The notes under the pieces were generated by a model. It was not told where the DNA came from and made no database searches. It saw only the letters and a list, made by a program, of their open reading frames with translations. DNA of 64,000 bases from Nitrospirota bacterium (GTDB lineage Bacteria > Nitrospirota > Thermodesulfovibrionia > Thermodesulfovibrionales > Dissulfurispiraceae). The stretch is from positions 1-64,000 of the forward strand of contig JBFLWF010000006.1 in assembly GCA_040758355.1 (NCBI GenBank). Reading direction: 5' to 3'. Shown here one piece after another: positions 31,407-41,648 of the stretch. The translations under genes were made by a program, and so were the position numbers. Each line of letters opens with the position of its first letter. Within the stretch, counting starts at the first letter, position 1.

Positions 31407-32521
31407 TTTGCCACCAGTTGTATTGCTCCCATAAACTTTCTCGCAGCCATTTCTATTGGAAATGCCCCGGCCTTTTTTCTTGCCGTTTTACCCATGGATT
31501 CGAGATTTACAAGCGAGAGATTTATTTTATCAGCAAGTTCTTTTGCATCGGAGAGGCTGTCCATAACAAAGCCCTCATGTCCATTCTCTATCAATTCGGC
31601 CACCCCGTTGTTCTTGGTTGTTATCACGGGTATCCCTGATGCCATTGCCTCTAATGTTGCATTGCTGAACGGGTCGTAAAGTGTTGGCAGCACAAACAAA
31701 TCAGATGCTGCATAGTATTTTTCTATATCCTTCTGTATACCGAGGAAAATAATTTTGTCCGAGACCCTGAGCCTTTCTGCCAAAGCCTTGTATTTATTCG
31801 TATCGCCTTTACCGATAATCAGGGTTTTTATATCCCCTTTTATTAAGGGCATTGCATGTATAAGGGTCTTAAGCCCCTTCCTTTCAAATCCAGAACCCAC
31901 AAAAAGCAGCACCTTTGAGCCCTTCGGTATGCTGAGGTTATTTCTTGTATCGTCGCGCCAATTCTCTTTATTTTCAGGAGAAAACCTCGCCAGATCCACT
32001 CCGTTATAGATTATCATTATCTTGTCTTTATGCACGGCATAGTGCCTTATGATCTGCTCCCTCACCATCTTTGAATTGGCAATTATAAGTTTTGTATTTT
32101 CGAAGAGTTTTTTTTCGAGATTAAGAATCGCTATATGAAGCGGATTTATTCTGAAAGAGAGTTTTTTGTAAAACGGCCCGGTCTTTGACCTTATCTGAAG
32201 CCACTCTGCATGGCATCCTTCGCCGGCCCTGTATATGTCCTGGCATGTCGTCCTCTCAAAACTTATAATATAATCGTAGACCATTGACCCTTGACCCTTA
32301 ACCCTTGACCTTGCATTGATATCAAATGTCAGCGTGCTGAGGAAAGAGGTGAAGGGAATAATATTAACCTTATGAAATGTTATCCCTTCTTCATCGACCC
32401 ATTGATTTGCGAATACATGTATTTCATGGCCTGAATTTTTGAGGTGTTGTATAAGGGTTTGCAGATACCTCTCTGCACCGCCATGGATAGAGAACTTCTT
32501 TTTTATGAATGCAAGCCTCAA
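31403..32521 (-). CDS. Glycosyltransferase family 4 (WaaG/RfaG-like); contains a (TGACCCT)n heptamer insert at 32280-32312
   Basis: GGAERY, GSGFERKG, YDPFSNATLEAMASG; TTG start. Confidence 0.9.
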   Translation of the reverse strand: MRLAFIKKKFSIHGGAERYLQTLIQHLKNSGHEIHVFANQWVDEEGITFHKVNIIPFTSFLSTLTFDINARSRVKGQGSMVYDYIISFERTTCQDIYRAGEGCHAEWLQIRSKTGPFYKKLSFRINPLHIAILNLEKKLFENTKLIIANSKMVREQIIRHYAVHKDKIMIIYNGVDLARFSPENKENWRDDTRNNLSIPKGSKVLLFVGSGFERKGLKTLIHAMPLIKGDIKTLIIGKGDTNKYKALAERLRVSDKIIFLGIQKDIEKYYAASDLFVLPTLYDPFSNATLEAMASGIPVITTKNNGVAELIENGHEGFVMDSLSDAKELADKINLSLVNLESMGKTARKKAGAFPIEMAARKFMGAIQLVAK

Positions 32522-33273
32522 CTTTTAGTCTTCTCCAGTGTCTTTGCATACTTTAAGAATGTGTAAAAGCCATAGAGCACAGCAAGCATTAAGCCGTGCA
32601 ATCCGTCTCTGAAGCCCTGCTTGAGGAAGAACATCTTTATAAAGGTGAAGGCAGGGCTTATTATCATCTTGAGAGCCATGAAAGTAGAAGAAGGATGGGG
32701 ATTTTTGAGGAGTATTTCCTGTGCAGAGAGCGTGGAATAGCTTTCCATTTTTTTAATATAATCAGAGATCGTCCTGTACGTATAATGCTCCAGAGGGTTT
32801 TTCAGATAGTCCACAGGACCTTTAACGATAACCTTTTCATGGACTTCCCTTTGTTCTACGAAAGATAGATCTTTTTTGAAAAGTCTCACGGTATAATCAG
32901 GCCACCATCCGCTGTGTCTTATCCATTTGCCGAGGAAGAAATTCTTTCTCGGGATATAAAAACCGGCAGACCTCTCTATCGCTATTTTTTCCATAATCTC
33001 TGCCTTAAGCTCAGGCGTGACCCTTTCGTCAGCATCGAGGATTAGAACCCACGGCTTTTTTGCATAATCCACAGCCATTTGCTTCTGCCTTGCATATCCC
33101 TGCCATTCATGCTGAAACACCTTACTCGTGTATTGCCTGCATATCTCTACTGTTCTGTCCTCGCTGAAGGAGTCGACAATAACAATGTCCTCAAAATCCT
33201 TTACGCTTTCGAGGGCATCGCCTATGTTTTTCTCTTCGTTCTTTGTTACTATGACAACAGAAACGGGTATCAA
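32518..33273 (-). CDS. Glycosyltransferase family 2 (WaaE/KdtX-like)
   Basis: VTKNEE, VDSFSEDRT, LDADER, VHE. Confidence 0.9.
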   Translation of the reverse strand: MIPVSVVIVTKNEEKNIGDALESVKDFEDIVIVDSFSEDRTVEICRQYTSKVFQHEWQGYARQKQMAVDYAKKPWVLILDADERVTPELKAEIMEKIAIERSAGFYIPRKNFFLGKWIRHSGWWPDYTVRLFKKDLSFVEQREVHEKVIVKGPVDYLKNPLEHYTYRTISDYIKKMESYSTLSAQEILLKNPHPSSTFMALKMIISPAFTFIKMFFLKQGFRDGLHGLMLAVLYGFYTFLKYAKTLEKTKS

Positions 33274-33347
33274 TTCTTCCCCTAACAGTGGATTTTAAAA
33301 TCTAATTTTTTTATTATATCAGATTAGCTCATATGTGAGGTTGTCGC

Positions 33348-34658
33348 ATGACAGAAGATTTTGTTTCAGGCAAAAAAAAGATAGCGGTTGTAGGACTCGG
33401 ATATGTAGGGCTCCCTCTTTGCGTTGGTTTTGGAAGGGTCTTTAGAGGAGTAATAGGCTTTGATATAAGCGAATCGAGGATAAATGAATTGAAATCAGGC
33501 AATGACTGGACACTTGAGGTCTCATCTGAGGACATTAAAAAAACATCTGTTGAGTTTACTGCCAATCCCCGGACATTAAAAAATGCCGGTGTGATAATCA
33601 TTGCAGTCCCCACACCCATAAACTCCCACAATATCCCTGATCTTAGACCCCTTGAATCGGCTTCGGAAATAGTGGGCAGTAATATGTCAAAGGGAACTAT
33701 AGTTGTATATGAATCAACAGTATATCCCGGAGTGACAGAAGACATCTGCGGCCATATCCTTGAAAAGTATTCAGGGCTGAAGGCCGGCATAGACTTTAAG
33801 CTGGGATACTCACCGGAGAGGATAAACCCCGGGGACAAGATTCATACACTCGAAAATATCGTGAAGGTTGTTGCAGGACAGGACAATGAGACAACAGAAC
33901 TTCTCGCCGGGATATACGGAAAGGTGGTAAAGGCAGGAATTTATAAGGCACGGAATATAAAGACAGCAGAGGCAGCAAAGGTTATCGAGAACATACAGAG
34001 GGATCTTAATATAGCATTGATCAATGAGCTTTCCATAATCTTTCATAAGCTCGGTCTCGATACGAGGGAAGTGCTCGATGCTGCAAAGACCAAATGGAAT
34101 TTTCTTCCTTTTGAGCCAGGTCTCGTAGGGGGGCACTGCATAGGTGTCGATCCTTACTATCTAACCTTTAAGGCGCAGGAGGTCGGCTATCATCCGGAGG
34201 TTATCCTTGCGGGCAGGCGGATAAACGATTACATGGGCAAGTATATTGCCGAACAGACAATAAAGGAGTTGATAAAGGCACAGGTTGCTGTCAAGGGAAG
34301 CAAGGTATTGCTTATGGGATTTACCTTTAAGGAGAATGTAAAGGATGTCAGAAATACAAGGGTGATCGATATATACAATGAACTTAAAGATTACGGCGTC
34401 AGCCCGTTTGTCTATGACCCGGAAGCCGACAGGGAAGAAGTGCGCTTAGAATACGGTATCGATATAATCGAAAGTCCTGAGGGTTCCTCACCTTATGACG
34501 GTATCATTGTGACTGTAAAGCATGATGAATTCAAAGAGTTTTCTGTTGAATATCTGAGTTCTCTGTGCGGGAACAGCAGTCCTGTTCTTATTGACGTAAA
34601 AGGACTCTTTAATGGAGATGTTTTAGAATTGGCAGGTTTCAGATACTGGAGACTTTAA
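33348..34658 (+). CDS. UDP-N-acetylhexosamine 6-dehydrogenase (TviB/WbpO-like nucleotide-sugar dehydrogenase)
   Basis: [34 protein letters not shown]. Confidence 0.93.
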   Translation: MTEDFVSGKKKIAVVGLGYVGLPLCVGFGRVFRGVIGFDISESRINELKSGNDWTLEVSSEDIKKTSVEFTANPRTLKNAGVIIIAVPTPINSHNIPDLRPLESASEIVGSNMSKGTIVVYESTVYPGVTEDICGHILEKYSGLKAGIDFKLGYSPERINPGDKIHTLENIVKVVAGQDNETTELLAGIYGKVVKAGIYKARNIKTAEAAKVIENIQRDLNIALINELSIIFHKLGLDTREVLDAAKTKWNFLPFEPGLVGGHCIGVDPYYLTFKAQEVGYHPEVILAGRRINDYMGKYIAEQTIKELIKAQVAVKGSKVLLMGFTFKENVKDVRNTRVIDIYNELKDYGVSPFVYDPEADREEVRLEYGIDIIESPEGSSPYDGIIVTVKHDEFKEFSVEYLSSLCGNSSPVLIDVKGLFNGDVLELAGFRYWRL

Positions 34659-34660
34659 AA

Positions 34661-35647
34661 CTACCCGCCTATCTTCGACATAGGTTTCAGGTGCGTAAAG
34701 CACTTCTCGTGGTTTATGGAATGCCCTTCGGGCTTTATTTCGATGGAAAGCCTTAAGAGCCTCTCGATTTCTTCATCTGATGCGCCGCATCTCATTGCTG
34801 ATTTCAAATCGATCTCTGTTTCAGAGAACAGACACGGCCTGAGCTTTCCATCGGATGTTAATCTCAGCCGGTTGCATGAATTGCAGAAATGATGGGTTAT
34901 AGGGCTTATGAATCCTACAACTCCAGGCGCTCCCTCGAATCTGAAATATCTTGCAGGGCCGGATCTCCTGATCTTCACAGGAATCAGCGGCGCAATTTTT
35001 GATGCCCTCTCCTTTATTTCCTCTGTGGATATGTATTTTTCGTGGTCCCAGATTTCCTTTGCGCCTATGGGCATGAACTCTATGAATCTCACATTATAGG
35101 AGGTCTTTAATGTCAGTCTCGCAAATTCCTCTATCTCATCATCATTGAATCCTCTTATCGGAACCATGTTTATTTTTATAGGCAGAAGCCCAGCGTTTTC
35201 TGCCTCGTGGATTCCTTCCAGCACACTGTTTATATCCCCTCCCCTTGTTATCTCCCTGTATCTCTCCGGGCGGAGGGAATCAAGGCTTACATTGACCCTC
35301 CTTAATCCTGCTGATGCAAGGGATTGGGCATATTTCTTAAGCAAAAGGCCGTTAGTGGTGAGGCTTATATCCTCGATGCCTTCTATGCTGTTTATGGATG
35401 AGACTAAATAAGGAAGGTCTTTTCTTATGAGAGGCTCTCCGCCTGTGAGTCTTATCTTTCTTACGCCCAGACCTGCTGCAATCCTGACTATCCTTATAAT
35501 CTCTTCATAGCCGAGGATATCTTTATGCTCGATCGGTTTTATGCCTTCCGAGGGCATGCAGTAGATGCATCTGAGGTTGCAGCGATCGATGATGGAGATG
35601 CGCATGTAATCGATAATGCGCTCGTATTTGTCTTTTATCAGGCTCAT
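34661..35647 (-). CDS. moaA: GTP 3',8-cyclase (Moco biosynthesis)
   Basis: CNLRCIYC radical-SAM motif, FCNSCNRLRL, C-terminal MSKIGG. Confidence 0.97.
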   Translation of the reverse strand: MSLIKDKYERIIDYMRISIIDRCNLRCIYCMPSEGIKPIEHKDILGYEEIIRIVRIAAGLGVRKIRLTGGEPLIRKDLPYLVSSINSIEGIEDISLTTNGLLLKKYAQSLASAGLRRVNVSLDSLRPERYREITRGGDINSVLEGIHEAENAGLLPIKINMVPIRGFNDDEIEEFARLTLKTSYNVRFIEFMPIGAKEIWDHEKYISTEEIKERASKIAPLIPVKIRRSGPARYFRFEGAPGVVGFISPITHHFCNSCNRLRLTSDGKLRPCLFSETEIDLKSAMRCGASDEEIERLLRLSIEIKPEGHSINHEKCFTHLKPMSKIGG

Positions 35648-35663
35648 TTAGTTCCCAAATCCA

Positions 35664-35708
35664 GCGATAAGGATAAGTCTCTTTTGTTCAGAGACCCATC
35701 CTTATCGC
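35664..35708 (-). other. Intergenic hairpin between cpoB and moaA (19-bp stem with two G-U pairs on the transcribed strand)
   Basis: Minus strand GCGATAAGGATGGGTCTCT-gaacaaa-AGAGACTTATCCTTATCGC; no U-tract follows. Confidence 0.6.
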
Positions 35709-35710
35709 AG

Positions 35711-36652
35711 TTACTTTTTCTTTTTCTTTGTACTGCTCTTAGTCCCCGCATTGTTTTTAGAGAGCAGTTCTGCAATCTTCTTCTCTGCGAGATCCGCTTC
35801 ACGTGAGTTTGGATACTTCTCCATGACCTTTTCCAGAAGTACCTTGCCTGTCTTTTTGTCTCCCATTTCCACAAAGGCGAATGCCTGTTTCAGCATCGCA
35901 CCTTTTGTCTTTTCGTGGTTCGGATATTTTTTCAGAAACGCCTCGTATGCGAGTATGGCGTCTTCGTATTTCTTATCGGCATAGTAGGATTCGCCGAGCC
36001 AGAAATAAGAGTTCGGCGCTAAGGCATGCTTTGGAAAGTCCTTTGAAAACTTTTCGAACTTTTGTCTCGCATCCACATACCGCTTTTCCTTAAAATCTAT
36101 CTGGGCATCGTCATATAGTTTTTGGGGGTCGGTGGTGTCTGCAGCCTTCTGGTCTTTTGCTTCGGGCTGTGCTGCCTCTGCATCTTTATGGCCTTCCTGA
36201 ACTGCTGATGTCTCTTTCTTTTCTGCGGGCTGGCTGCTGATTTTTGATTTGAGCTCCTTCAGTTCATTTTCGAGACCTGCTATTTTAGCCTGCTGCAATT
36301 CCCTCTCGGAGAGCAGGTCTTTTATGGTTTTGTCCATAAAGTATTTATTTTCATCAAAACGGCCTTTTAGCGTCTGTAGTTCCTTTGATAGATCTGAAGT
36401 CTGGATTAAAATGGATGACTGACTCTCTTTCATTGCGCTCAGGGAATACTCCTTGAGAGTGGTTATGTCCTTTGATATATTCGAGAGTTCGGTCTTTATC
36501 TGGGCAATCTCTTTTTTCTGATTTATGGACTCCACCTGAAGACCCGTAACATTATTTTTTAGATTGTCGATGTCAGAAGTGGTTGCACAGCCGGCAATCA
36601 AAAACAGAGCAGTAGTGCAATAGCCCAGCAGAGCAATAGTCTTCTGTCTCAT
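35711..36652 (-). CDS. cpoB: Tol-Pal system protein YbgF/CpoB
   Basis: Lipobox IAGC, coiled coil, TPRs (NSYFWLGESYY), directly downstream of pal. Confidence 0.9.
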   Translation of the reverse strand: MRQKTIALLGYCTTALFLIAGCATTSDIDNLKNNVTGLQVESINQKKEIAQIKTELSNISKDITTLKEYSLSAMKESQSSILIQTSDLSKELQTLKGRFDENKYFMDKTIKDLLSERELQQAKIAGLENELKELKSKISSQPAEKKETSAVQEGHKDAEAAQPEAKDQKAADTTDPQKLYDDAQIDFKEKRYVDARQKFEKFSKDFPKHALAPNSYFWLGESYYADKKYEDAILAYEAFLKKYPNHEKTKGAMLKQAFAFVEMGDKKTGKVLLEKVMEKYPNSREADLAEKKIAELLSKNNAGTKSSTKKKKK

Positions 36653-37239
36653 CACCTGCCCCCTTCAACAAGTACAAAGTGCGCCCTTCTGTTTTTTGCC
36701 CAGCACTCTTCTGTCTGTTCGGCACAAAGGGATTTTTCTTCACCATAGCTTATTGTCTCGACCTTGCCTGAGGGGATGCCGAGTGATATAAGATACTCCT
36801 TTGCAGAGTTTGCCCTTCTGTCCCCGAGTCCGAGGTTGTATTCATTTGTGCCCCTTTCGTCACAGTGCCCTTCAATAATCACCTTTATGTCTTTATTCCT
36901 TGAGAGTATGGCTGACACCTCTTTCAATACAGGTTTTGCATCGTCCTTTATGTCATACCTGTCGTAATCAAAGCGAATATCCTGAATCCGTGTCTGGAGC
37001 TCCTTGAGCGTAGGCTGAACGTCTGCCGGCTGGGCCTTTGACAACTGCTTTTCTGTGATGGATTCTTTGGGAAGCTCCTTTGCGGCAGCAGTATCGGCTG
37101 TTGTTTTTTTATCCTCTGTTTTCATTATTTCAGGCTGTGCAGGAGGCTGCTCAGGTGCCCCGGCTATTTTCCTCTGAGCGCATCCGTTTACCGTAGTGAT
37201 TGCCAAAATGATAAAAATTGCAACACATAAGCGTCTCAT
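36652..37239 (-). CDS. pal: Peptidoglycan-associated lipoprotein
   Basis: [42 protein letters not shown]. Confidence 0.95.
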   Translation of the reverse strand: MRRLCVAIFIILAITTVNGCAQRKIAGAPEQPPAQPEIMKTEDKKTTADTAAAKELPKESITEKQLSKAQPADVQPTLKELQTRIQDIRFDYDRYDIKDDAKPVLKEVSAILSRNKDIKVIIEGHCDERGTNEYNLGLGDRRANSAKEYLISLGIPSGKVETISYGEEKSLCAEQTEECWAKNRRAHFVLVEGGR

Positions 37240-37346
37240 CTTTACCTCCAAGGCTTTGGTTTATTCTGTAATTTAGCAAATATCGCATTTCCTATGCAAC
37301 ACCGCTTTGATTGACTACGTATTCCATGTAAGAGTATTATTAAGTA

Positions 37347-38480
37347 ATGCAAAAAAAATCTCTGAATTCCCTTACAGGCAAGCTTATACTTGCAATAGGC
37401 ACAATGATGCTTATTGTGGGCCTTATTTTCGCTTATATATTCATCAAACAAAACCCTGACATTAAGCTTGAGGTTGTGCTGTTTTACGGCGGATTTTTTG
37501 TTGTTGCCATATCCTTCCTCTTGTGTCTGATCCTCTATAATTTCGTTACAAAACCCATATCGCTTCTGGTTGACGGCATGAACAAACTGTCCAGAGGGGA
37601 TATGGACTACAGGATTAACCTGAATACAAAGGATGAGATAGGACTGCTGGCGAACTCCTTCAATTCCATGGTGGGCGAGCTTAAACAGTACAGGGACAAG
37701 ATGGAGAACTGGACAAAGAACCTTGAGGGAGAGGTGCAGAAAAAGACCGCAGAAATAGTCAGGGCGCAGGAGCAATTGATAAATGCTGAGAAGCTGGCAT
37801 CCCTCGGCAGAATGGCTGCAGGCGTGGCCCACGAATTGAACAGCCCTTTAACAGGCATAGTTACTTTTGCCCATTTGATGGTGAAGCGCATGCCTCCGGA
37901 AAATACGCAGGATGCAGAGGATTTGAAGGTCATCATAGATCAGGCAGAGAGGTGTTCGAAGATCGTCAGGGGGCTTCTCGGCTTTTCGAGAAAGACCGCA
38001 TCGGAAAAGGCTCATGTCGATATGAACACATTGATAGAAAACACATTGTCGATGGTAAGGAATCAGGCGAAATTTTACAATATCGCCTTCGATGTCCGGC
38101 TCGATAAATCCATACCCGAGGTAAATGCAGATCCCAACCAGATCCAGCAGGTATTTCTTAACCTCCTTATAAATGCAGCAGATGCAATGGAGGAAAGAGG
38201 GAAGATAGCCATATCATCGAGGATGATAGAGGAGGATGCCGACAGGTTCGTGGAACTCGAATTTACTGATACAGGACCAGGCATTCCAGAAGAGATCAGG
38301 AGCAGGGTGTTCGAGCCTTTCTTTACAACCAAGCCTGCCGGCAAGGGCACAGGGCTCGGGCTTGCCGTAAGCTACGGCATTATCAAAAAACATGAAGGAC
38401 AGATATTCGTAAAAAGCGAACATGGGCAGGGAGCAAGCTTTTTCATTCGCCTGCCTGTAGCTAAAACAGATAAAGGTTAA
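37347..38480 (+). CDS. Membrane HAMP-domain histidine kinase (NtrB-like)
   Basis: Two TM helices with a short loop, HAMP (DEIGLLANSFN), AAGVAHELNSPL, NLLINA, GTGLGL. Confidence 0.93.
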   Translation: MQKKSLNSLTGKLILAIGTMMLIVGLIFAYIFIKQNPDIKLEVVLFYGGFFVVAISFLLCLILYNFVTKPISLLVDGMNKLSRGDMDYRINLNTKDEIGLLANSFNSMVGELKQYRDKMENWTKNLEGEVQKKTAEIVRAQEQLINAEKLASLGRMAAGVAHELNSPLTGIVTFAHLMVKRMPPENTQDAEDLKVIIDQAERCSKIVRGLLGFSRKTASEKAHVDMNTLIENTLSMVRNQAKFYNIAFDVRLDKSIPEVNADPNQIQQVFLNLLINAADAMEERGKIAISSRMIEEDADRFVELEFTDTGPGIPEEIRSRVFEPFFTTKPAGKGTGLGLAVSYGIIKKHEGQIFVKSEHGQGASFFIRLPVAKTDKG

Positions 38481-38482
38481 AT

Positions 38483-38833
38483 ATGAAACTTAACGACATA
38501 GCAGAACTGATTGATGGACAAATAATTGTCAACAGCGCGGATGGTTCCATAGACATTGTATCGGTCTGCAGCACAGATCTCATGAGCGATGTGCTGAGGT
38601 TTGCTACAAAGGGGTCATTGCTGGTGACTGCCCTGAACCAGTCTCAGGTGATCAGGACTGCCGAAATATCGGATATCCCTGCTGTCTTAATGGTCCTGGG
38701 AAAGAAGATGGAAAGGGAGATGATAGAGCTTGCCATGGAAAAAAATATTGCATTGATGGTGACGCATTTGCCTGCATTTACCGTATGCGGGATGCTGTAT
38801 GCAGGGGGGCTCAGGAGTTGTCTGGAGGATTGA
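38483..38833 (+). CDS. DRTGG-domain protein
   Basis: DLMSDVL, LLVT, QVIRTAE, CGMLYAGGL pattern. Confidence 0.8.
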   Translation: MKLNDIAELIDGQIIVNSADGSIDIVSVCSTDLMSDVLRFATKGSLLVTALNQSQVIRTAEISDIPAVLMVLGKKMEREMIELAMEKNIALMVTHLPAFTVCGMLYAGGLRSCLED

Positions 38834-39270
38834 TGAATATAATGGATTCCATAGAGGGCTGCTTTCAGCTCATGGGCGGAGATTTTACAAACGCAGGTAC
38901 TGCCTCGAGCGAATTGAAGAGCACATTATCAAAGCTCGGTGTGTCACAGGAAGTTGTCAGGCGTGCAGCCATTGCTGCATTTGAGGCAGAGATGAACGTC
39001 ATAATACACGCAGTTGCAGGAACCATGCACTATGTGGTCAGCAGCGAAGAGGTAAGGATAACCCTTACAGACATGGGGCCCGGAATAGAGGACATCGAAC
39101 TGGCAATGCAGGAGGGATATTCCACTGCCCCTGACTGGGTAAGGGAGATGGGATGGGGCGCAGGCATGGGACTGCCGAATATAAAAAAGAATGCGGATAG
39201 ATTTAAAATAGATTCTGTGGTGGGTGAGGGCACAACCCTCGAAATAGTCATATATACGAGGAAAGATTAA
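38833..39270 (+). CDS. Anti-sigma-factor/RsbT-like Ser/Thr kinase
   Basis: EAEMNVIIHA, DMGPGI, GYSTA, GAGMGLPN; ATG overlaps the upstream TGA. Confidence 0.88.
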   Translation: MNIMDSIEGCFQLMGGDFTNAGTASSELKSTLSKLGVSQEVVRRAAIAAFEAEMNVIIHAVAGTMHYVVSSEEVRITLTDMGPGIEDIELAMQEGYSTAPDWVREMGWGAGMGLPNIKKNADRFKIDSVVGEGTTLEIVIYTRKD

Positions 39271-39271
39271 T

Positions 39272-39610
39272 ATGCTTAAAGTTAACGACGTTATCGAGAA
39301 AATCGGGCTGGATATAAGGGTAAGCGGCGATATGCACAAACATGTAACAGGATGCTACATAAGCGACCTCCTCTCCGACGTAATGGCTCACAGCAAGGAC
39401 GGAGAACTGTGGATAACCCTCCAGACCCATCCGAATATCGTGGCTGTTGCAGTAATAAAAGGACTTTCATGCATAGTCATAACGAATGGCAGATTCCCTG
39501 AGCCTGACACTGTCAAGAAGGCCGAATCGGAAAACATAACAATTTTAACTACTCCAAAGACAACATTCGAGACAGCAGGACTGCTTTATAATCTCCTAAG
39601 AAGTGAATGA
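39272..39610 (+). CDS. DRTGG-domain protein
   Basis: YISDLLSDVM, WITLQTHPNIVAVA. Confidence 0.82.
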   Translation: MLKVNDVIEKIGLDIRVSGDMHKHVTGCYISDLLSDVMAHSKDGELWITLQTHPNIVAVAVIKGLSCIVITNGRFPEPDTVKKAESENITILTTPKTTFETAGLLYNLLRSE

Positions 39611-39614
39611 GTAA

Positions 39615-40346
39615 ATGAAGAGATTCATTGCAGACCTGCACATCCACACCTGCCTGTCCCCTTGTGCCGAACTTGATATGACCCCACTCCGTATAATAGA
39701 TGCAGCAGTTAAAAAAGGACTCGATGTAATAGCCATATCAGACCACAACTCGGCAGAGAATGCCGGGATCGCTATGAAGATAGCTCAGGAAAAGGGAATA
39801 AAGGTTCTGCCTGCAATGGAGGTTACATCCTACGAAGAGGCTCATGTCCTCGCCATATTTGATTCCATAGAGAAGGTTATGGGGATGCAGGAGATTGTTT
39901 ATAAGAACCTCCCTGACGGCATAAACGATGAAAGGCTGAGCGGCTATCAGGTGGTGGTCAATGAGAGCGATGAAGTGCTCGGATTCAATAAAAGGATTCT
40001 TTTCGGCGCCACAGGCCTTTCTCTCAATGCCCTTGTTGATGCAATCCATTCCTTTGGAGGGATTGCTGTTGCAAGCCATATAGACAAGGAGATTTTCAGC
40101 GTTGTCTCTCAATTGGGTTTTATTCCAGATGATATTGCATTCGATGCCCTCGAAATCTCGTATAATACAAAAAGGCAAAGGGCTGAGTCCGTGTTCGGGG
40201 TGTACAAATCAATTCCATGGATAACATCATCAGATGCCCATCACCTTAATGACATAGGCAGGAGGACGACCTCGTTTTTCTTAGAGGAACTTTTTTTTGA
40301 AGAGATAAAAAAAGCTTTTAAAGGTGAGAGAAGGATAGAATGGTAA
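39615..40346 (+). CDS. PHP-domain phosphoesterase
   Basis: DLHIHTCLSPC, ISDHNS, SSDAH. Confidence 0.88.
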   Translation: MKRFIADLHIHTCLSPCAELDMTPLRIIDAAVKKGLDVIAISDHNSAENAGIAMKIAQEKGIKVLPAMEVTSYEEAHVLAIFDSIEKVMGMQEIVYKNLPDGINDERLSGYQVVVNESDEVLGFNKRILFGATGLSLNALVDAIHSFGGIAVASHIDKEIFSVVSQLGFIPDDIAFDALEISYNTKRQRAESVFGVYKSIPWITSSDAHHLNDIGRRTTSFFLEELFFEEIKKAFKGERRIEW

Positions 40347-40391
40347 ATAACTGGCTACAGGCTACTAATTTAAATTCAAAATTGAGCGATT

Positions 40392-40444
40392 ATATATGTC
40401 AGGCACGGCTCAAAGACGCTCTTTTCGCCGCACCTGACATATAT
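40392..40444 (-). repeat. Structured hairpin element, copy 1 (GGT-N5-GAAAAG...CTTTGA-N5-RCC)
   Basis: Minus strand ATATATGTCAGGTGCGGC-GA-AAAGA-gcg-TCTTT-GA-GCCGTGCCTGACATATAT. Confidence 0.7.
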
Positions 40445-40478
40445 TTCTAAATTAGAGCCTCTCAACTTAGGTTAAAAT

Positions 40479-41024
40479 ATGGAAGACCTGTCGCTTCACA
40501 TGCTCGACATTGCAGAGAATTCCATAGATGCAGGCGCCAGCAGGGTGGAAATTAAAATTATCATCAGTGGGGCTGACGACAGACTTATGCTTAAGATAAG
40601 CGATAATGGAAAGGGAATGGATGAAGACATGATAAGGATGGTTAAAGACCCTTTTTTTACAACAAAGACCGTCAGGCAGAGAAAGTTCGGCCTCGGCATA
40701 CCACTTCTTGCACAGGCTGCCGAGGAGTGCAATGGCAAATTCTCCATAGAATCAGAAGTTGGCAAAGGCACGGTTATCACAGCAGAGTTCCAGCACAGCC
40801 ACATAGACATAAAACCACTCGGTGATATAGGCTCAACAATGACAGTACTCATAGGCGGACATCCGGAGATAGATTTTTTGCTCTCCTATGAGAAGGATGG
40901 CTTTTCTTATAAACTTAACACAGCGGAACTGAAGAGGGAATTAAACGATGTGCCCATTAATCTGCCGGATGTTTTAAAATTAATAAGAGAAGACATAAAT
41001 AGCGCCTTGAAAGGAGAAACTTAG
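40479..41024 (+). CDS. HATPase_c ATP-binding protein (histidine-kinase-like, no sensor or H-box)
   Basis: DLSLHMLDIAENS, DNGKGM, DPFFTTK, GLGIPL, HSHID..PLGD. Confidence 0.85.
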   Translation: MEDLSLHMLDIAENSIDAGASRVEIKIIISGADDRLMLKISDNGKGMDEDMIRMVKDPFFTTKTVRQRKFGLGIPLLAQAAEECNGKFSIESEVGKGTVITAEFQHSHIDIKPLGDIGSTMTVLIGGHPEIDFLLSYEKDGFSYKLNTAELKRELNDVPINLPDVLKLIREDINSALKGET

Positions 41025-41062
41025 ACTGAATTTGAGCGATTCAGGCACTTTAAACTTTAAAA

Positions 41063-41228
41063 ATGGATGGCAGGTGTTCTGAAAAGCCCTTTAATAGCGA
41101 TACCTTAGAGCCGAACCCTCCCGCTGTTTAAGGGCAACTTCAGTATCACTTTTGCATTCAGCGGTATAAACAGGCATCTAATAATCTCATCGCATTATTA
41201 AAGGCTTTGAGGAATACCCGCCATCCAT
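41063..41228 (+). ncRNA. 166-nt rod-like structured element (hairpin family copy 2; candidate ncRNA)
   Basis: Nested complementary arms ATGGATGGCAGGTGTTC/GAATACCCGCCATCCAT, AAAGCCCTTTAATA/TATTAAAGGCTTT, GCGAT/ATCGC, TTAGAGCC/GGCATCTAA, CCGCTG/CAGCGG. Confidence 0.5.
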
Positions 41229-41276
41229 AATCACTTTAAAATCGCTTAATTGGGGCTTAAAATAGGGAGGGCATAA

Positions 41277-41648
41277 ATGGACAAGGGAAGAATACTCGTG
41301 ATTGACGATGAAGAGATTGTACAGGTGAGCTGCAAGAGAACACTCGTTCCCGAAGGATATGCGGTCGATGCTGCTGCATCGGGCAAAGAGGGTCTTGAGC
41401 TTTTTGAAAAATCCAAATACGACCTTGTGCTCATAGACCTGAAAATGCCGGGTATGGACGGGATAGAGGTACTGGTAAATATAAAGAGACAACGCCCGGA
41501 GCAGAATGTGATGATAATGACAGGCTACGATACTGTCGAGCATATAGTCGAATCCATATCATCGGGCGCTGCCCATTATCTCGAAAAACCCTTTACACCC
41601 GATACATTGATCGAAAGGATAAAAGAGGTGCTTGGCCAGGAGATGTAA
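41277..41648 (+). CDS. Single-domain response regulator
   Basis: ILVIDDE, DLKMPGMDG, MTGY, KPF. Confidence 0.93.
   Translation: MDKGRILVIDDEEIVQVSCKRTLVPEGYAVDAAASGKEGLELFEKSKYDLVLIDLKMPGMDGIEVLVNIKRQRPEQNVMIMTGYDTVEHIVESISSGAAHYLEKPFTPDTLIERIKEVLGQEM

Noticed and set aside
35648..35710. Moco riboswitch upstream of moaA
   Set aside because: Only 63 nt with a single hairpin; too short and simple for that multi-stem motif.
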